Shown here: positions 7,604-16,838 of the stretch, one piece after another
Layout: every line of letters begins with the position of its first letter
Position numbering within the stretch: position 1 is the first letter of the stretch
IMG/VR virus record: IMGVR_UViG_3300033067_000188
Span: 1-27,396 of that record
Direction: 5' to 3' (one strand)
Origin: a virus
Lineage: Duplodnaviria > Caudoviricetes
Length of the DNA stretch: 27,396 bases
Notes under the pieces: generated by a model
What the model saw: only the letters and a program-made list of their open reading frames with translations
Databases searched by the model: none
What the model was told of the DNA's origin: nothing
Made by a program: the position numbers and the translations under genes

Positions 7604-7802
7604 TGGTTCGTTCCGCTTCATATTGTGCCGACATAGCGTCATACCGGTGCTGCCGCTTGTCCATCTCTGCCTGTACGGCATGTTCATAGTCGCGCAATGC
7701 TGCATCACAGCGCCATGACCGGACCTGCCACCCTGCTGCAAATCCCAGCACTGTCACACCTAGCGCGCCGCCGATGAGCCAGCTATTCGGAATCGGGAGC
7801 AT
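7404..7802 (-). CDS. Inner-membrane spanin (Rz-like)
   Basis: One N-terminal transmembrane helix, then a coiled coil and a late Cys. GAGG RBS; follows the holin candidate. Confidence 0.75.
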   Translation of the reverse strand: MLPIPNSWLIGGALGVTVLGFAAGWQVRSWRCDAALRDYEHAVQAEMDKRQHRYDAMSAQYEAERTNGQQQHTARVDRINTIYKDRIIPADCAVPDDVRGLLVEAVTSANTDASGKSGSTLPTATPATVPAD

Positions 7803-8070
7803 TGCCATTCGCCTCAAATGACGCACCTCCGGCAGAGCCTTTGATGTTGCGAATGGCATTGCGCATAGACAAGCCAAGGGTCACAAGTGCCATCAGTGCG
7901 ATCATACCAGTCAGTGCATTGCCAAGGATCGTAAGTTGCTGTTCAGCGCGGTCGGCAGGCCAATCCCACCGAATGAGAGTTACTAGCCAGACAGCAAATG
8001 CGCCTGCCGCTATACCCCCGCCCACCCATGCCAGACCATAGAGCCATGCGCGTTTTTCTGCTTGGGTCAC
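7783..8070 (-). CDS. Putative holin (two transmembrane segments)
   Basis: 95 aa with two hydrophobic helices and a polar C-tail, directly upstream of the spanins. Confidence 0.55.
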   Translation of the reverse strand: MTQAEKRAWLYGLAWVGGGIAAGAFAVWLVTLIRWDWPADRAEQQLTILGNALTGMIALMALVTLGLSMRNAIRNIKGSAGGASFEANGNAPDSE

Positions 8071-8090
8071 AGGTCAATTTCCTTCTTGGG

Positions 8091-10562
8091 TTAAGCGAAC
8101 GTGGAGAGGATTAGCTGGCGCAGCGCATCGGCATCGGTCAGTCCGTCGAAGCGATGCCCCGCTGGCGTCGGGTGCGTTGCGTCCGTGCCGGTCGCGCCCC
8201 CGGTGTAGAGGTAGGCTTGATCGGTCGTGGTGGTGTAAACACCCTCGCGGCGCGGGAAGGCAAAGCGGTCGATGAAGTGGACGTTCTGACTGCCCCGCCC
8301 CCAGCAAGCGCGCTGCACCCCGTCGCGGATGCGATAGATGTTCAGGGTCGGGCGGTTGTCGGGCAGACCGCTCGGCCACAGCGGGCCAAAGAACACCAGC
8401 GGCTTGCCCGGATGCGCTGCCAGCCATGCGTCAATCAGAACGTCCGCACGGTTCTGAATTGCATCGGTCAGCGTTGCACCGAACGCCCCCCAGGTTCCCG
8501 CCGATACGCTTTCATCGTTCACGCTGGCAAACACCACACCCATAGCCGGGGAAACCGCCGCGCCGGTCTGCGCACTGGTAACGCCAGACAGGGTAAGGTC
8601 CGTCAGTCGGTTCGCGTCGGTCCACGCGACCTTAGGATAGCCAGACGTGTTGTTCCCGCCTGCGTTAATCAGACCGGTCGAACCCACCGCAGCCAGCGCC
8701 ACGTTGAAGCCCAGCGCGCGGGCCGCGACCACGCTTTCAATGTCGCCCGTCTCGGACCCCGTGCCTTCCGCAAAGCTGTCCCCGATAACCGTAACCAGCG
8801 GATAATCGCGCCCGACGCTGGCAAACTCGCTGGCGCTGGCGGCATGAAAGCCGTTGCAGGGAACGCCCGCCGTCTCGACCCGGATCGTGCGCGTTCCGCT
8901 GGCCGGGAATACAACCCGAAGATAGTAGAAGCTGCCGGTGCTGTTCGGAACAGTCGCGGTGCCGCCAATGCAGCCGTTGACCAGCACCCGCACGTTGACG
9001 CCCGAACCGCCCGCGCCAAACAGCGGGATTTCGAACTGCGTCCCGGTATGGACAGCCTCATAGGCGAAATAGCTGGAACCACGCAGCGGAGTGCCGATGC
9101 CGTCCGCCGCGCCGTAATAAGCCCCGCGCGAAGTGAACAGGCGGTTATTCGGATAGGTGGCCCCGCGCAGCATCGGGACGCCTGAAACATAGCTGATCTT
9201 GGTATCCGTGCGCGTCACAGCCGGTTCACTGCCCGCCGCCAGCCCGTTGATGGCCGATGCCGCACCAGCACTACCCAGCGTCAAGGTCGGCGTGTCGTTC
9301 GCCGCCAGCGCGCCAGTCGGGCGGGGATAGAGGCCATATTCCCGCACGGCCCGCTTGATCGCGCCCACGGTTTGCGCGGTGCTGGCGCTGGCCGGAATCA
9401 GTTCGACCTTCGTGATCGCCTGCCCCTTCCATGCGCCGCTGCCGTCCGTGCCGGGGTTGAAAATCAGCGGGTTCGCCAGTGCAGAGCGGGCGAGGGTCGC
9501 AACCGTGCCAGCGGTGCCATACGTCACCTTCACCTGGTCGGTCGTCGCACCGGCAGGCAGCGTGAATGCGATGCTGTCTGCTGCGCGTGTCCCGACAAAC
9601 GGCTCAGAAAGCGTCGAACCGGACTGCACTTGCGGAAACCAGACCGTGATCGAACCCGTTGCGCTGACGTTGTCCCCGCCCCCGTGCGTCGGGGCAATCG
9701 CTGGCCAGAATGCAATCTGCACCGCGTTGTGCGCGTTGATCGTGTAGGCGGGCGGCTTGATCCAGTACCAGTCGTTGCCCGACTGATCCTTGACCGTCTC
9801 GACCACCGCCGTACCGCCGCCCTGCACCGCGTATGCACCGCTGAACGGATCGAACCGGATCATCTGGCTCTGATTGGCGTTCACGCCCTCATACTGAACG
9901 CGGAAGGCCGCACCCTGCCCGCTCGAACCCGGCTTCTTGACAAAGAACCCGGCAACCCACGCACCCGCGCTGATGGTGAACGAATAGGTTTTCTGCCAAG
10001 TCTGCGTTGCCACGGCGCTGCTATCGGTCAGGGTGACAGCCGTGGTCGTCCCGTCAGGGGCCGTCACGCCGGTTACAACCGTTGCCGCGCCCGTCCCGCC
10101 AGTGGTGGAAAACGGGTCGCTGCCCAGCGCGTTGACCGCCGCAGCTTCGACCATCAGGCCCCGGCCAGTCTGGCGAACCGTGTTCGGCGCGAACTTAATG
10201 ATCTTGCCGGTTGCATCCCGCCACCATGTATTGCTGGCCTGCGTTGCTGTGGCGATGCCTAGCGCGGTGAAGCTAGATGCTTGGCTGGTGCTGGAGCGGA
10301 AGTATCCGTTGGGCCAGTCGAGCGAAACGCCGCTTTCAACATAGGCCAGCGCGTCGGTGAGGCTTTCAATGCCACTACCCGTGGCTTGCCCAAGCGCGGT
10401 GATGGTCGGTTGCAGCGGCGCAGCAATGGCTTCATCGCGGGCGGTTTCGGCAGCGGCTTGCGCAGTTTCAGCGGCAATCGCACTAGCCGCCGCCTGCAAG
10501 GTATTCTCACCGGGACGAATAACAAACGTGCTGTCAACGTCTTGCGCGATAAACAAAGTCAT
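8091..10562 (-). CDS. Tail fibre / receptor-binding protein with C-terminal SGNH (GDSL) hydrolase
   Basis: Ala-rich N-terminal coil, beta-rich carbohydrate-binding-like middle, and SGNH blocks IGDSF, VGSTG, SVND and DATHP. Confidence 0.8.
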   Translation of the reverse strand: MTLFIAQDVDSTFVIRPGENTLQAAASAIAAETAQAAAETARDEAIAAPLQPTITALGQATGSGIESLTDALAYVESGVSLDWPNGYFRSSTSQASSFTALGIATATQASNTWWRDATGKIIKFAPNTVRQTGRGLMVEAAAVNALGSDPFSTTGGTGAATVVTGVTAPDGTTTAVTLTDSSAVATQTWQKTYSFTISAGAWVAGFFVKKPGSSGQGAAFRVQYEGVNANQSQMIRFDPFSGAYAVQGGGTAVVETVKDQSGNDWYWIKPPAYTINAHNAVQIAFWPAIAPTHGGGDNVSATGSITVWFPQVQSGSTLSEPFVGTRAADSIAFTLPAGATTDQVKVTYGTAGTVATLARSALANPLIFNPGTDGSGAWKGQAITKVELIPASASTAQTVGAIKRAVREYGLYPRPTGALAANDTPTLTLGSAGAASAINGLAAGSEPAVTRTDTKISYVSGVPMLRGATYPNNRLFTSRGAYYGAADGIGTPLRGSSYFAYEAVHTGTQFEIPLFGAGGSGVNVRVLVNGCIGGTATVPNSTGSFYYLRVVFPASGTRTIRVETAGVPCNGFHAASASEFASVGRDYPLVTVIGDSFAEGTGSETGDIESVVAARALGFNVALAAVGSTGLINAGGNNTSGYPKVAWTDANRLTDLTLSGVTSAQTGAAVSPAMGVVFASVNDESVSAGTWGAFGATLTDAIQNRADVLIDAWLAAHPGKPLVFFGPLWPSGLPDNRPTLNIYRIRDGVQRACWGRGSQNVHFIDRFAFPRREGVYTTTTDQAYLYTGGATGTDATHPTPAGHRFDGLTDADALRQLILSTFA

Positions 10563-10885
10563 GGCTCAATATCCATAATAGGCCATTCCACACCGGCAAT
10601 GACTGTATTCACATCATCGCGGCTGCTGGCAATCAATACAGCGCTGCGAAACCCCTGATAAACTTCATGGCAAAGCGCCGTGTGGTTTGCAACGCGGTCG
10701 CTGAAATCGGCGGGGGCATACTCGCCATCCGCAAGTGAAAGGGCGGCACTAACAGCCAAGTCGCGGCCATTCTTTAGGCCATCAATGGCGTCGGCCTTGA
10801 CTTGCTCCAGCGATGGCTGGCGCGCCAAGATTTCCGCTTCAGTTTCTGGCCGAACCTCGCCAGTGCTACAATCAAAGACAGGCAT
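10559..10885 (-). CDS. Hypothetical protein, probable tail fibre assembly chaperone
   Basis: Small acidic helical protein coupled directly after a fibre gene. FDCSTGEVRPETEAE N-terminus and a W near the C-terminus. Confidence 0.5.
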   Translation of the reverse strand: MPVFDCSTGEVRPETEAEILARQPSLEQVKADAIDGLKNGRDLAVSAALSLADGEYAPADFSDRVANHTALCHEVYQGFRSAVLIASSRDDVNTVIAGVEWPIMDIEP

Positions 10886-11775
10886 TAGCGGCCCTCCAAG
10901 ATAACGGTTCCAGCGTCAAAATTGCCCGCGTTGACCGTAAGGCGAATCGCGTTAATCGCGGACGGCAAAGTAAAAGCAAGGTTTTGGAAGGCCGCATTCT
11001 GCGAAATTCCCGGTGTTGCAGAGTTGGTCAATGCAAGCATAATCATGCCGTAAGCATTGCTTGCACCCCTAACAGAGATTTCGCCAAAATAGACGTTTGC
11101 AGCGGTGGCATTGGCCGCAGCAGTGGTTGAAGTCCAAGTACTGCCGTTGTCATTTGATATAGCGAAAAGGAAACTGGCGTTAAAACCATAACCATGACTC
11201 AACCCATCAATACGAAGCCGCAGTTCATTGTATCCTGCCGGAATGCTGGTAAATGTGGCCGCCGCACTGCCGCTTGGCGAGACGCTACCGATTTGCGTCC
11301 ATCCCGATGCCCGCACCCATGTGCCATCGCCACGCCAGAACGTCCCCGCGCTGGCGTCCGTTCCACCGTTAAGCCGCGCAACAGCCAAGTTGCCGGTCAA
11401 GTCCGCAGCGCTGCCGCTGGTGGCTACGGTTGCCAGCCCGGTGATTGTTGCAGCTGCCTGCGTTCCGGTATGGTTGGCGCGATTGAGCAATGTCGCATCG
11501 CTGCTATTCGCAGTTGCCCCTGCCGCAATGCCAGCCAACTTGCTTTCCTGCGCGGTCGTGAAGCTGGCGGTCGTGTTCGTCAGAACCGTTGCGAGCGGCT
11601 GCTTTCCATCAAGCGCTGCCTGCAAGTCAGTTTGATCGGACAATGTGCCGGTAATGTCACCCCACTCGGCAGCGCCAGCAGCCGCAGCAGCATCCTCCGC
11701 GCTTTGAGCCGCAGCCGCAGCATATGCAGCCGCCAGCAGCGTATTCTCGCCAAGCCTGACAATGATAGCAGCCAT
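10885..11775 (-). CDS. Tail fibre protein
   Basis: Common fibre modules WGDITGTLSDQTDLQAALDGK, KLAGIAAGAT, RANHTGTQ and FWRGDGTW, followed by a C-terminal beta-sandwich-like domain. Confidence 0.8.
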   Translation of the reverse strand: MAAIIVRLGENTLLAAAYAAAAAQSAEDAAAAAGAAEWGDITGTLSDQTDLQAALDGKQPLATVLTNTTASFTTAQESKLAGIAAGATANSSDATLLNRANHTGTQAAATITGLATVATSGSAADLTGNLAVARLNGGTDASAGTFWRGDGTWVRASGWTQIGSVSPSGSAAATFTSIPAGYNELRLRIDGLSHGYGFNASFLFAISNDNGSTWTSTTAAANATAANVYFGEISVRGASNAYGMIMLALTNSATPGISQNAAFQNLAFTLPSAINAIRLTVNAGNFDAGTVILEGR

Positions 11776-12191
11776 TAGTCGCCAACCCCGGAAAGAATGG
11801 TAAACGTGCCGTCAAACCAAACCCGCTGCGGTTCACCAGACGGCGTGACAATCATGTCGTGGTACAGGACGAGCGGTTCATCAGTCGCGCCCCAAGTCAG
11901 CGCCTCAAACGTGGTTTCGTCAATTTGCGGGCGGATAATCGTCGCGCCAACAACCAGACCAGTCACATCGTCGATATAGTCAGGATCATAAGTGGCGCTA
12001 ATGCCCTGCGTTCCAGCCCCAGCGTTAGTCAGCGTGATAAGCGCGGCAGAACCGGGCAGGGGCGCAAGCGTAAAGCGGAAAGTCGCAGCCGACCAATCCA
12101 CGCCGAGGTAAACCATATCCGCATCGCCAGTGGCCCCGCCCCAAGGGGTATGGCGGCTGTTGTGCGTAATGTTCCAAGTGAATGCCATCAT
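11775..12191 (-). CDS. BppU-like fibre adaptor / baseplate protein (start 12191 or 12188)
   Basis: DWSAATFRF...LYHDMIVTP...WFDGTFTILSGV pattern, immediately upstream of the fibres. Confidence 0.55.
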   Translation of the reverse strand: MMAFTWNITHNSRHTPWGGATGDADMVYLGVDWSAATFRFTLAPLPGSAALITLTNAGAGTQGISATYDPDYIDDVTGLVVGATIIRPQIDETTFEALTWGATDEPLVLYHDMIVTPSGEPQRVWFDGTFTILSGVGD

Positions 12192-12793
12192 TCCCATCCT
12201 GCCGCAATCAGTGCGTCCTGAAATTGCATCGCATAATCAGCAATCATGCTGGCTTTGTCACTGCCGTTAATGATCCGGCGAGCATTGATAAAATCGAGCC
12301 TGCTTGCCGGTTTGCTTTCAGACAAGAAATGGTCAAATGCCTTGCCAGTGAACCAACCCTCAGTCATGCCTTGTCGCATGATCTGTGCAGCAATATCGGG
12401 GCGCATTGCAAGATCAGGGTTGCCAACCAGCGGATAACCAAGTTTAATACCGGCGCGATGATAGTTGGATTTCCAAGTTAGCTGGACATAACCACGCCCT
12501 GCGTACATTGCCCCATCACCAGCAGTGGTGTTGCCCATTTGCCGTGCGAGGGACGGGCGGTTCCCCGTAACATCGTACATTCGCCGCAAGTATGCGGGAC
12601 CGCCATGTTCCTTGATCGGTTGCATTGTATGCGCTGTTTCATGGTACGCAGTTGCCAAAGCATAAGCGCACCATGCAAGCGGTGCGCCTGCCATAGCGTC
12701 GAGAATTGCGCCACACCCACTGACCTCATCATTGTCCAGTTTCGGGCCAAGCAGTCCCTTGCGTAGTCGGTCAAAGAAAACGGTCTGGTTCAT
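12188..12793 (-). CDS. Endolysin, glycoside hydrolase family 19-like
   Basis: AYALATAYHET, YAGRGYVQLTW..NY and ARRIING motifs. A GGAG RBS favours the ATG at 12793. Confidence 0.9.
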   Translation of the reverse strand: MNQTVFFDRLRKGLLGPKLDNDEVSGCGAILDAMAGAPLAWCAYALATAYHETAHTMQPIKEHGGPAYLRRMYDVTGNRPSLARQMGNTTAGDGAMYAGRGYVQLTWKSNYHRAGIKLGYPLVGNPDLAMRPDIAAQIMRQGMTEGWFTGKAFDHFLSESKPASRLDFINARRIINGSDKASMIADYAMQFQDALIAAGWE

Positions 12794-12810
12794 GACACAC
12801 TCCATATCAC

Positions 12811-15156
12811 TTATGACCCCGTAACGGAAGCCGTCCCGCCAAAACTGATCGTTTTTGTCGGGCTTGACCCGTCTCGCGCCGCAAATAACTGGACTTCGTA
12901 GTCAGTGCTCGCACTCAGCCCGGTGACGGTTGCACTAACGTCAATGTATCCAGCACTGGCAAAGTAGTTGCCGGTTTCCAACTCAACCGTTGCGGCAAAG
13001 ATTTCATCCGCCTGTGTTCCGGCATCAGAGAACGAGCCAGACACGGGGCGATAGCGCCATTGCCCAATTGCCCCAAAGATGCCGTCAGGCGAGGCGGCAG
13101 GTGCGTAGATCGACAAGGGTGCTGTAAAGTCAAGCTGTCCACCCGTGCCGGTCTTGACGGTCATCAGGTCGGAAATTGCAGTCAGGCTCGTCCCGCTCAC
13201 ACTCGCAAACGTGCTGTCACTGACGGTCGTGCCGCCGCTGCTGCCCGGAGGAGCCGCGCCATTGCTGCGCGACACTGCGATCCGGCTGACAATCACAAGC
13301 CCGTCATAGTCGGACGAGACGGTTATTTCAGTGGCGGCAGGGATTGAAACACCGCTTGGAATTGTCACAATACCGTTCGTGACAGTCACTACGCCGCCCG
13401 TGATGCCGCCCTGACTGTCAATTGCCCATGTGGCGCTCGTGGTTACATCGTCCGTGATCTGCAAGCGCTTGAATGCAATGTTCTTAGGTAGTTGCCCACC
13501 ATCTAGCACCCCAGCATAGTTGGCCGTGAATGCAATGGACGTATCGCCCGGTTCGTGGCGCGCACCAACCTGCGAGATACCAAGGATGAACGGGTTATTC
13601 AGAGGGTTGTAAATTGTCGGAGCGGTTGGTGTAACCGGTGCACTATCCTCTGCATCCCATGCGTAGATGGCTGCGTTTTCCTCCACCAGAGTCATCGGAA
13701 CTAAACCGTCGAAGCGGATTTCCTGACTGATGACTCGAAATAGTTTGTTCGACCAACCGAGCGCGCTAAAGGACAGGCGCACCACATCACCAACAGAGCA
13801 ACCCAGCGCCTTGGTCAAGAACACCGCACTAAAGGTGCCGCGATACTGGTTGCGCTGAAGGACTTGCTTGGCGATGCGCTGTGCGCGCCGACCATCCTCA
13901 ACATACGGCAGGTTGATCGTCGTGACACGCTCAATCCCGTCCAGAGAGTCGATCCGAACCTCTGGATAGTCGACCATCTGGTATAGACTATTGGTTGACG
14001 GATCAACGTAGCGACCCCGTGCAATGTTGTACGTATCGGTCAGACCGCGCGTCTGATTCCATTCAAACTTGCCAATAATGTCGTCATCGGTGAACGACAA
14101 TTCATAGTCGGCAAGATCATTCTTCATAACAGTCAGCGACAATTTACCGTTATTGTCACGAAGCGTCCCGTTCATGCAGGAGAGGAACACGTTGCAAATG
14201 TCGATCCGACCGTCCGCATCGGACGCTGTACCGCTGCCGCGATAGCGCTTTTGTGTCCCGCCGATTGCAAGTGTAATATCTTCATCACAGATGTTTGCAG
14301 CCGTGATGAAACTCTCCATGTCGATGCGCTCAGGCGGCACACCTGCACCGATTGACAGTTTCCCGTTGATCTTCCAACCCAGCAGCCACCAGAGCAGCGA
14401 GAGTGCCAGATTGTCACAGTCGTCAGGGTCGGTGTACGTTCCCCAAGTGGTTTGGTCGTCCGCACGGTGCGATCCTGAACCACCCGGAACAGTGCTGTCC
14501 AGTCGGGGGTCGTACAGGTATGCACCCTCGCCAATAATGGTAACGCGACCCGGCATCCCGTTGACAAGCGGGCTTTCCGTTTTCTTGTCATTGCCAGTGC
14601 GCTTGATGCGAACATGCACATAAGCACACCCGGTCAACCTGCAACCGCTGCCCCACTTTGTTCCACCGTTGATGCTGATGGTGTTGCTGCTGTTGCCTTC
14701 CAACACGGTGGCAACAGTGAGATAACCAGTGTATGTTGCGGTCACACCGCCTGAAGCGGACCATGCGAGTTTTTCCTCGAAATAAATCTCATCAATCGAC
14801 TTAACCTTGTGCGCTGCCACACAAATGATATAGTCAATGTATTCCTGATTCGTACCACTCGATTCATGGTATCGAAGGTCGAGATTCATCGCAGTGGTGC
14901 CGAACACAGCCTTGCGCGGTGCCCCAACGTCAAGCGACACATTGAGTCGAGACAGTTGGGTTTGGGGGGTTTTGGGGCCGAGCAACAGGCTTGCAGCGCC
15001 AGACAGAGCACCAGCAATGCCGATTGCGACAAGTGCGTTCGTAATTGCAAGACCTGTCGCGCTGGCTGCTGCGGCTGCACCGAGAACGGCACCGGTCAGG
15101 GGTGCAGCAAAAACGGCAAGTGCGACAAACCCGATGATCTTGAGAATTTTACCCAT
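12811..15156 (-). CDS. Tail tip / host-specificity (gpJ-like) protein
   Basis: PRKAVFG, LYDPRLDS, SFITAANICDE and AQRIAKQVL...VGDVV motifs; follows the NlpC/P60-like gene. Confidence 0.85.
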   Translation of the reverse strand: MGKILKIIGFVALAVFAAPLTGAVLGAAAAASATGLAITNALVAIGIAGALSGAASLLLGPKTPQTQLSRLNVSLDVGAPRKAVFGTTAMNLDLRYHESSGTNQEYIDYIICVAAHKVKSIDEIYFEEKLAWSASGGVTATYTGYLTVATVLEGNSSNTISINGGTKWGSGCRLTGCAYVHVRIKRTGNDKKTESPLVNGMPGRVTIIGEGAYLYDPRLDSTVPGGSGSHRADDQTTWGTYTDPDDCDNLALSLLWWLLGWKINGKLSIGAGVPPERIDMESFITAANICDEDITLAIGGTQKRYRGSGTASDADGRIDICNVFLSCMNGTLRDNNGKLSLTVMKNDLADYELSFTDDDIIGKFEWNQTRGLTDTYNIARGRYVDPSTNSLYQMVDYPEVRIDSLDGIERVTTINLPYVEDGRRAQRIAKQVLQRNQYRGTFSAVFLTKALGCSVGDVVRLSFSALGWSNKLFRVISQEIRFDGLVPMTLVEENAAIYAWDAEDSAPVTPTAPTIYNPLNNPFILGISQVGARHEPGDTSIAFTANYAGVLDGGQLPKNIAFKRLQITDDVTTSATWAIDSQGGITGGVVTVTNGIVTIPSGVSIPAATEITVSSDYDGLVIVSRIAVSRSNGAAPPGSSGGTTVSDSTFASVSGTSLTAISDLMTVKTGTGGQLDFTAPLSIYAPAASPDGIFGAIGQWRYRPVSGSFSDAGTQADEIFAATVELETGNYFASAGYIDVSATVTGLSASTDYEVQLFAARDGSSPTKTISFGGTASVTGS

Positions 15157-15538
15157 TCTGCACCGCCCACGCTTTGTCCCACATTCGACGCGGAACCTTC
15201 TCAAGACCATCTTCCGCCATGAACCAAGCGAAGTCACCCATTACTACACCAACACACCCAGCGAAGAAAGCCAGATCGCCCCTGCGAGCACGGGCAATCG
15301 GGGCGGGGGTGAATTTGTCGTCTAGGGTGGATTCCAAGCTACCAGCACCAATACGCTTCAAGGCCCGCAGACTGCCTAATTCGGACGAGTAGTGGCCGCG
15401 AAACTCGCTCATGTGGTCCACACCGGTCATCGCTTGAATCGCACCCATGCTGAACGTGCAGCAGTCGCACCGACCCCATTCAAACGCGGCAGTGCGGTGC
15501 GCTTCGATGTGTTCTGACAGGCGAGTTTCCCAATCCAT
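15149..15538 (-). CDS. NlpC/P60-like tail assembly protein (DUF6950-like)
   Basis: FEWGRCDCCTF, AMTGVD and ARRGDL motifs; tail-tip gene position. Confidence 0.8.
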   Translation of the reverse strand: MDWETRLSEHIEAHRTAAFEWGRCDCCTFSMGAIQAMTGVDHMSEFRGHYSSELGSLRALKRIGAGSLESTLDDKFTPAPIARARRGDLAFFAGCVGVVMGDFAWFMAEDGLEKVPRRMWDKAWAVQNG

Positions 15539-16248
15539 TATCGCTCCTTCGTGTACATGCGGTCGGTCCAGATCGACGCACCGCCACCACCTCCCCCGGC
15601 ACCATATCCGCCAGCACTTTGCAGACCGTTCCCTGCCGCAACGGTCGCATTGCCGGACAAGTCGTCTGGATCGAACACCGGCTGCATCAGATAGGTTTTA
15701 TTGGCCGCACCGGACAGGCTGACGAGGTAGTTCTCAATTGACAGTGTGACCCGCTGACTTTCCGGGTCGCCGTCAATCGACACATCATTCATGTACCCGG
15801 TGTAATAGGGAATATATGAACCGACCAGCGACTCGTTTTCATCAACACAATAGAACCAGAGTCGCGCCGTGCGACCTTGCCACCGTGCGCGATCCCCGAT
15901 CAGATTGAGAAAGTCGGACGAGGTTTCGGTGAGTGGTCTGCCGTCAACACCATAGATGTAATTGCCGTCAATGTCAGTTTGCAACACTGTGCCAACAAGC
16001 AAACCGCTCATCGAAATAGTTACGGTGTCGCTACCCGCTTCATTGTGCTTGACCGAACCAACTTCAATGACTTCGTGATTGTAGCTGTCGTACCGACCGT
16101 CCAATTCCGAGTCACCTGTTCCGGTCAGCGTCAAGTCGTACAAACCACTTGTCACACGCAACACATCGTCCAGAAAGTCGGCGTACAGCAACACCCGCCA
16201 GTAAACTACCGGTGCTTCAAGTGCTGCCTTCGTCGTGCTGTCAACCAT
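15538..16248 (-). CDS. Minor tail / hub protein
   Basis: VTISMSGL, WQGRTARLW, YYTGYM and VTLSIEN pattern; lies between the distal tail and NlpC-like genes. Confidence 0.7.
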   Translation of the reverse strand: MVDSTTKAALEAPVVYWRVLLYADFLDDVLRVTSGLYDLTLTGTGDSELDGRYDSYNHEVIEVGSVKHNEAGSDTVTISMSGLLVGTVLQTDIDGNYIYGVDGRPLTETSSDFLNLIGDRARWQGRTARLWFYCVDENESLVGSYIPYYTGYMNDVSIDGDPESQRVTLSIENYLVSLSGAANKTYLMQPVFDPDDLSGNATVAAGNGLQSAGGYGAGGGGGGASIWTDRMYTKER

Positions 16249-16838
16249 TAGAAAGACTCGCGCAAGTTGAGCGACATATTATAGATATAGCCCTGATCGA
16301 CCGACCATGACGGTTCTTCAGTGAGAAACATCAGACAATATGGGTTTTTATATTCAACAGCGGTATTGTCGCCGGGTGCAACGCGAAGTGCTGGTTTGAA
16401 TGTTAGAGTTGCTTCACCCGCACCATTGCTTGTAGCATTTGCCGTTAGTTGGACGAGTTGATCCACCACCGTCACGAACATACCTGCTTTCAGGACGGTG
16501 CTGTTGGCAGGCCACCCATCGGTGATGAGAGACGTACCGGTTTGGCCCGCCCCCTTGACCAACACGGTATTTGGCAACTTGCTTTGGGGGGCTGGGTCCA
16601 CCGGGACGCGAAAGTCGTTCACAGGGCCGTCCGTGAGCATTAGGAAGGTCTGCCACGGCCTGAAGTTCTCCCGCCCGACAATTGGGGTCAGCGAAACACT
16701 GCACTCCCACCAACCCCTGCCAGACGGCAGCACTTGCCGCCTTCCTGTCCATCCGGCAGTGTTGACCTGTGCGGGTCGATTGAGACGCAGCGGTAGCGGC
16801 GGGGTTTTAGGAAACGCCGGGAGCGTAATGGTCGTCAT
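16248..16838 (-). CDS. Distal tail protein with an inserted beta domain
   Basis: Follows the tape measure gene; WTGRRQV..WWECSVSL motif and a C-terminal LRESF. Confidence 0.7.
   Translation of the reverse strand: MTTITLPAFPKTPPLPLRLNRPAQVNTAGWTGRRQVLPSGRGWWECSVSLTPIVGRENFRPWQTFLMLTDGPVNDFRVPVDPAPQSKLPNTVLVKGAGQTGTSLITDGWPANSTVLKAGMFVTVVDQLVQLTANATSNGAGEATLTFKPALRVAPGDNTAVEYKNPYCLMFLTEEPSWSVDQGYIYNMSLNLRESF

Noticed and set aside
8154-10262. Long plus-strand ORFs (343 aa and 296 aa) opposite the SGNH fibre
   Set aside because: They are antisense shadows of a GC-rich gene, with no RBS or recognisable motifs.
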